From sequence record PP526941.1: a stretch of DNA of 64,000 nt; one strand, given 5' to 3'. A model generated the notes under the pieces. It saw only the letters and a list, made by a program, of their open reading frames with translations. It had not been told where the DNA came from and made no database searches. This document shows positions 61,732-64,000 of the stretch, one piece after another. This stretch comes from Escherichia phage vB_EcoM_ECO78. The translations under genes were made by a program, and so were the position numbers. Within the stretch, counting starts at the first letter, position 1. Every line of letters begins with the position of its first letter.

Positions 61732-62004
61732 TTATTTGTTTGTATACATCTCTAGATATCGATATACACCCTCAAAACCCTCGTTGAATTCGTCGATGAG
61801 GGTTTTCTTATCTTCTTGAGTTAATTCAGAAACAATTTTACGGAATGAATTTTGATTTAACTTTCTACCTTCATGTGTTACTCCAATCTCATTCAGAAAT
61901 GCAATAAAATTAGCGCGATTCTCAACAATATCTTCTCGGGAAAATTTAATCAAAATAGACGCAACAGTAATAATTTCACGAACTGTATCAATGTTTTTAT
62001 TCAT
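61732..62004 (-). CDS. asiA: anti-sigma-70 factor AsiA
   Basis: 90 aa; N-terminus MNKNIDTVREIITVASILIKFSREDIVENRANFIAFLNEIG recognised as AsiA; convergent with t. Confidence 0.88.
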   Translation of the reverse strand: MNKNIDTVREIITVASILIKFSREDIVENRANFIAFLNEIGVTHEGRKLNQNSFRKIVSELTQEDKKTLIDEFNEGFEGVYRYLEMYTNK

Positions 62005-62016
62005 TAACTATACCAC

Positions 62017-62169
62017 TCAATTAGTTGACTTTGTTATAATATCATCAGACGCTTGATTTGTAAACTGGTCTGTGTTATTTTCTTCAAAAATTTTTTCTAC
62101 GAATTCCTTGAACGACTTACGTTCCTGAGCTACATTGTGCTCGATTACCTTTTCAAGATTATGACTCAT
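62017..62169 (-). CDS. small hypothetical protein (50 aa), ATGA-coupled to the upstream ORF; not in the supplied ORF track
   Basis: Hand translation MSHNLEKVIEHNVAQERKSFKEFVEKIFEENNTDQFTNQASDDIITKSTN; its ATG overlaps the stop of the 92-aa ORF. Confidence 0.4.
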   Translation of the reverse strand: MSHNLEKVIEHNVAQERKSFKEFVEKIFEENNTDQFTNQASDDIITKSTN

Positions 62170-62444
62170 TCGAAATAATCTTCAATTTCATAATCATGGA
62201 CATAAATCATTATAGTTTTTAATACATCATCGATACTTTTTCCTGGAGCTGGAATTACGTAGAAATATCCTGCTTTTGAGAGGTCTTTATAAGTTCCAAT
62301 CAAGAAATCATTATTCTCGAGATGTAGTTCTTCAACTAATTCATTAACAATTGAGTGGTATAAATTTGGTAGAAACTTATATAGCTTTTCTAGAATATCA
62401 ATTTTGATTGTGTATTGAACCACAGACTGAGAATCAATAATCAT
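62166..62444 (-). CDS. arn: probable Arn (anti-restriction nuclease, McrBC inhibitor)
   Basis: 92 aa acidic protein adjacent to asiA; assignment by length and synteny. Confidence 0.55.
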   Translation of the reverse strand: MIIDSQSVVQYTIKIDILEKLYKFLPNLYHSIVNELVEELHLENNDFLIGTYKDLSKAGYFYVIPAPGKSIDDVLKTIMIYVHDYEIEDYFE

Positions 62445-62527
62445 AGACCTTCCCCTTGTGTTTCTGTTTGCGATTAGATTCTTTAAACGCTTTCTTCTTA
62501 TCCTTATGAACAGAAGCTTTATTAAAA

Positions 62528-62746
62528 TTATGTTTTGCGACTAAATTGTTCATAGTGCTGAATTACCTCTCTTAAACATTTGCATGTGAATGAAAACTTT
62601 TTAGCTACACCACATTCAAATATATGTTCTCTTAAATCACGTGTATCGGTATATCCCATCTCAACAATAAAATGCCGTATTAGATTTTTATCTTTATCGT
62701 TAAGAGAATTAAAATAATCGGATTTTGAATTAATTTCCCTGGCCAA
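62528..62746 (-). CDS. hypothetical protein
   Basis: 72-aa ORF; Cys/His-containing (CGVAKKFSFTCKC). Confidence 0.45.
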   Translation of the reverse strand: MAREINSKSDYFNSLNDKDKNLIRHFIVEMGYTDTRDLREHIFECGVAKKFSFTCKCLREVIQHYEQFSRKT

Positions 62747-63026
62747 ATTGAATCACCTTCAGTTGACGTTTTAGTTCTTTTATCATTTCTTCGTTCATCG
62801 CAATATAAAGATCGCGTAAAGCAGGTTTTAGCATTCCATTTATTGGGGAACTAAATGGACATACATAATCTTTTCCTACGAGCTTTTTGGTGAATTCCAT
62901 ATTACAGAATTGAAATGCCGGTTCATTGGTATAAATTCCCCAATTAGTTGACATCATTTTATTAGCATATTCCAGTGCCTGGATTTGATTCGTAATTCCA
63001 TCAATTTGAAACTTTTTAATATTCAT
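62730..63026 (-). CDS. hypothetical protein
   Basis: 98-aa ORF. Confidence 0.45.
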   Translation of the reverse strand: MNIKKFQIDGITNQIQALEYANKMMSTNWGIYTNEPAFQFCNMEFTKKLVGKDYVCPFSSPINGMLKPALRDLYIAMNEEMIKELKRQLKVIQFGQGN

Positions 63027-63487
63027 TAGTAAAGGTCCTCAGAGTAAAGTTCTTTTTCACTACCACCACGTTCAATACGTACTTGTCCAGCGTAAGTTGC
63101 AATAATCATTGCTTCTTCACGTGTCCAATAATTACTATATTGGTCAATAAATCCTTGGTCATCATCACAAACTTGCTGAGTAACTAATTGAGGTTTAACT
63201 ACATCTAAAACTTCTGCCATATCTTTAGAATAATGACGAGCACCTGGAATAATAAGAGTTCGTCCATCTTTTAATTTAAAACGGTTGGCTGCGCAAACAA
63301 TTCGTCGTTGATACTTTTGGTTTTCATCCCAGTACGCAGTCTGCCAACAAATTTCAGGAACTTCTTTCAGAATATCTTCTTCTGTGCATTTATAACCATG
63401 TGCTTTAAATTTTTGAACAAGACTTTCTGGAGTCTCACGAGATAAAGGAACATTCAACATTTTTAAACGATTAATAAATGGGTTCAT
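63026..63487 (-). CDS. hypothetical protein
   Basis: 153-aa ORF, ATGA-coupled. Confidence 0.5.
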   Translation of the reverse strand: MNPFINRLKMLNVPLSRETPESLVQKFKAHGYKCTEEDILKEVPEICWQTAYWDENQKYQRRIVCAANRFKLKDGRTLIIPGARHYSKDMAEVLDVVKPQLVTQQVCDDDQGFIDQYSNYWTREEAMIIATYAGQVRIERGGSEKELYSEDLY

Positions 63488-63813
63488 TTAAACCATCCTT
63501 TAATACGCTGCCACAAAGTTTTCTGCTGAGTTTTGTTAACACCAATTGAACGAATAACTGGTTGAGATTCCTGGAATTCTTTATAATCGGCAAGGTAAAT
63601 TTCGTAAGCTGCATCCGTAAATGAACTTATCGCTGCCATAAAATTATTGCGAATACCTACTGGAGCATCTTTACTTTCACGAATAATCATGTATTTACCA
63701 GTCTTAATCTTTACGATAGTTCCAAGATAAGCTCCATGGTACCAAATATCCCAACCCTCTTGAGTAGGTTCTGCGCAACGACGAAGTTCATTAACAATTT
63801 CTAACTTGTTCAT
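63484..63813 (-). CDS. hypothetical protein
   Basis: 109-aa ORF. Confidence 0.5.
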   Translation of the reverse strand: MNKLEIVNELRRCAEPTQEGWDIWYHGAYLGTIVKIKTGKYMIIRESKDAPVGIRNNFMAAISSFTDAAYEIYLADYKEFQESQPVIRSIGVNKTQQKTLWQRIKGWFK

Positions 63814-63823
63814 TATTTATTCC

Positions 63824-64000
63824 TCACAGTTCAGATGCTACGGTGATTACTGCTTCAATGTTTTCTGCCGAGCGTTTAATGTCAAGATACACATTACCGT
63901 TTTTAGCGATTTTACATGACATTCCGATGTCAGTAAATTTCTGAATATGATGTTCCATCATTTTATATCCAAAAATTCGCATATTTCCATTGTTGTTAAT
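63824..64000 (-). CDS. 3' end of a gene continuing beyond the window; possibly the C-terminus of MotA
   Basis: Open minus-strand frame to the window edge ending ...NGNVYLDIKRSAENIEAVITVASEL; MotA suggested only by synteny (asiA-arn-...-motA) and weak recollection. Confidence 0.35.
   Translation of the reverse strand: MNNNGNMRIFGYKMMEHHIQKFTDIGMSCKIAKNGNVYLDIKRSAENIEAVITVASEL

Overview
The window is a contiguous block from a T4-like (T-even, Tevenvirinae) myovirus genome, read from the sequence and the ORF track by gene order, protein lengths and motifs; no database search was possible. Layout: (1) plus-strand late head/tail genes 18(partial)-19-20-67-68-21-22-23-24, each punctuated by TATAAATA late promoters and GC stem-loops; (2) a minus-strand block rnlB-24.2-24.3-hoc-inh; (3) a GIY-YIG homing endonuclease plus uvsW; (4) uvsY and baseplate genes 25-26 (minus) and 51-27-28-29-48-54 (plus); (5) a long minus-strand early/middle block with two tandem alt ADP-ribosyltransferase genes, DNA ligase 30, the 30.x small-ORF region including a NADAR-like and a HAD-like protein, rIII, 31, cd, pseT, a spanin pair, alc, rnlA, denA, nrdB, nrdA, td, frd, 32, 59, 33, dsbA and rnh; (6) plus-strand long-tail-fibre genes 34-35-36-37-38 and holin t; (7) minus-strand asiA, arn and small ORFs. 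No tRNA, rRNA or CRISPR was seen. I did not find a clearly novel multi-gene system; the window is mostly conserved T-even core. Features worth a second look are two tandem alt paralogues, a duplicated early-promoter/leader cassette, an internal Ig-domain duplication in hoc, a T2-type distal fibre module (gp37 with a C-terminal autocleaving chaperone-like domain plus a glycine-rich gp38 adhesin), intron-less td and nrdB, a 119-aa ORF inserted between frd and td, and a hairpin between the SD and AUG of denA. Where I corrected ORF-track starts (TTG/GTG calls) to the ATG matching the known T4 protein, this is stated. Regulatory coordinates were counted by hand and may be off by 1-2 bp.
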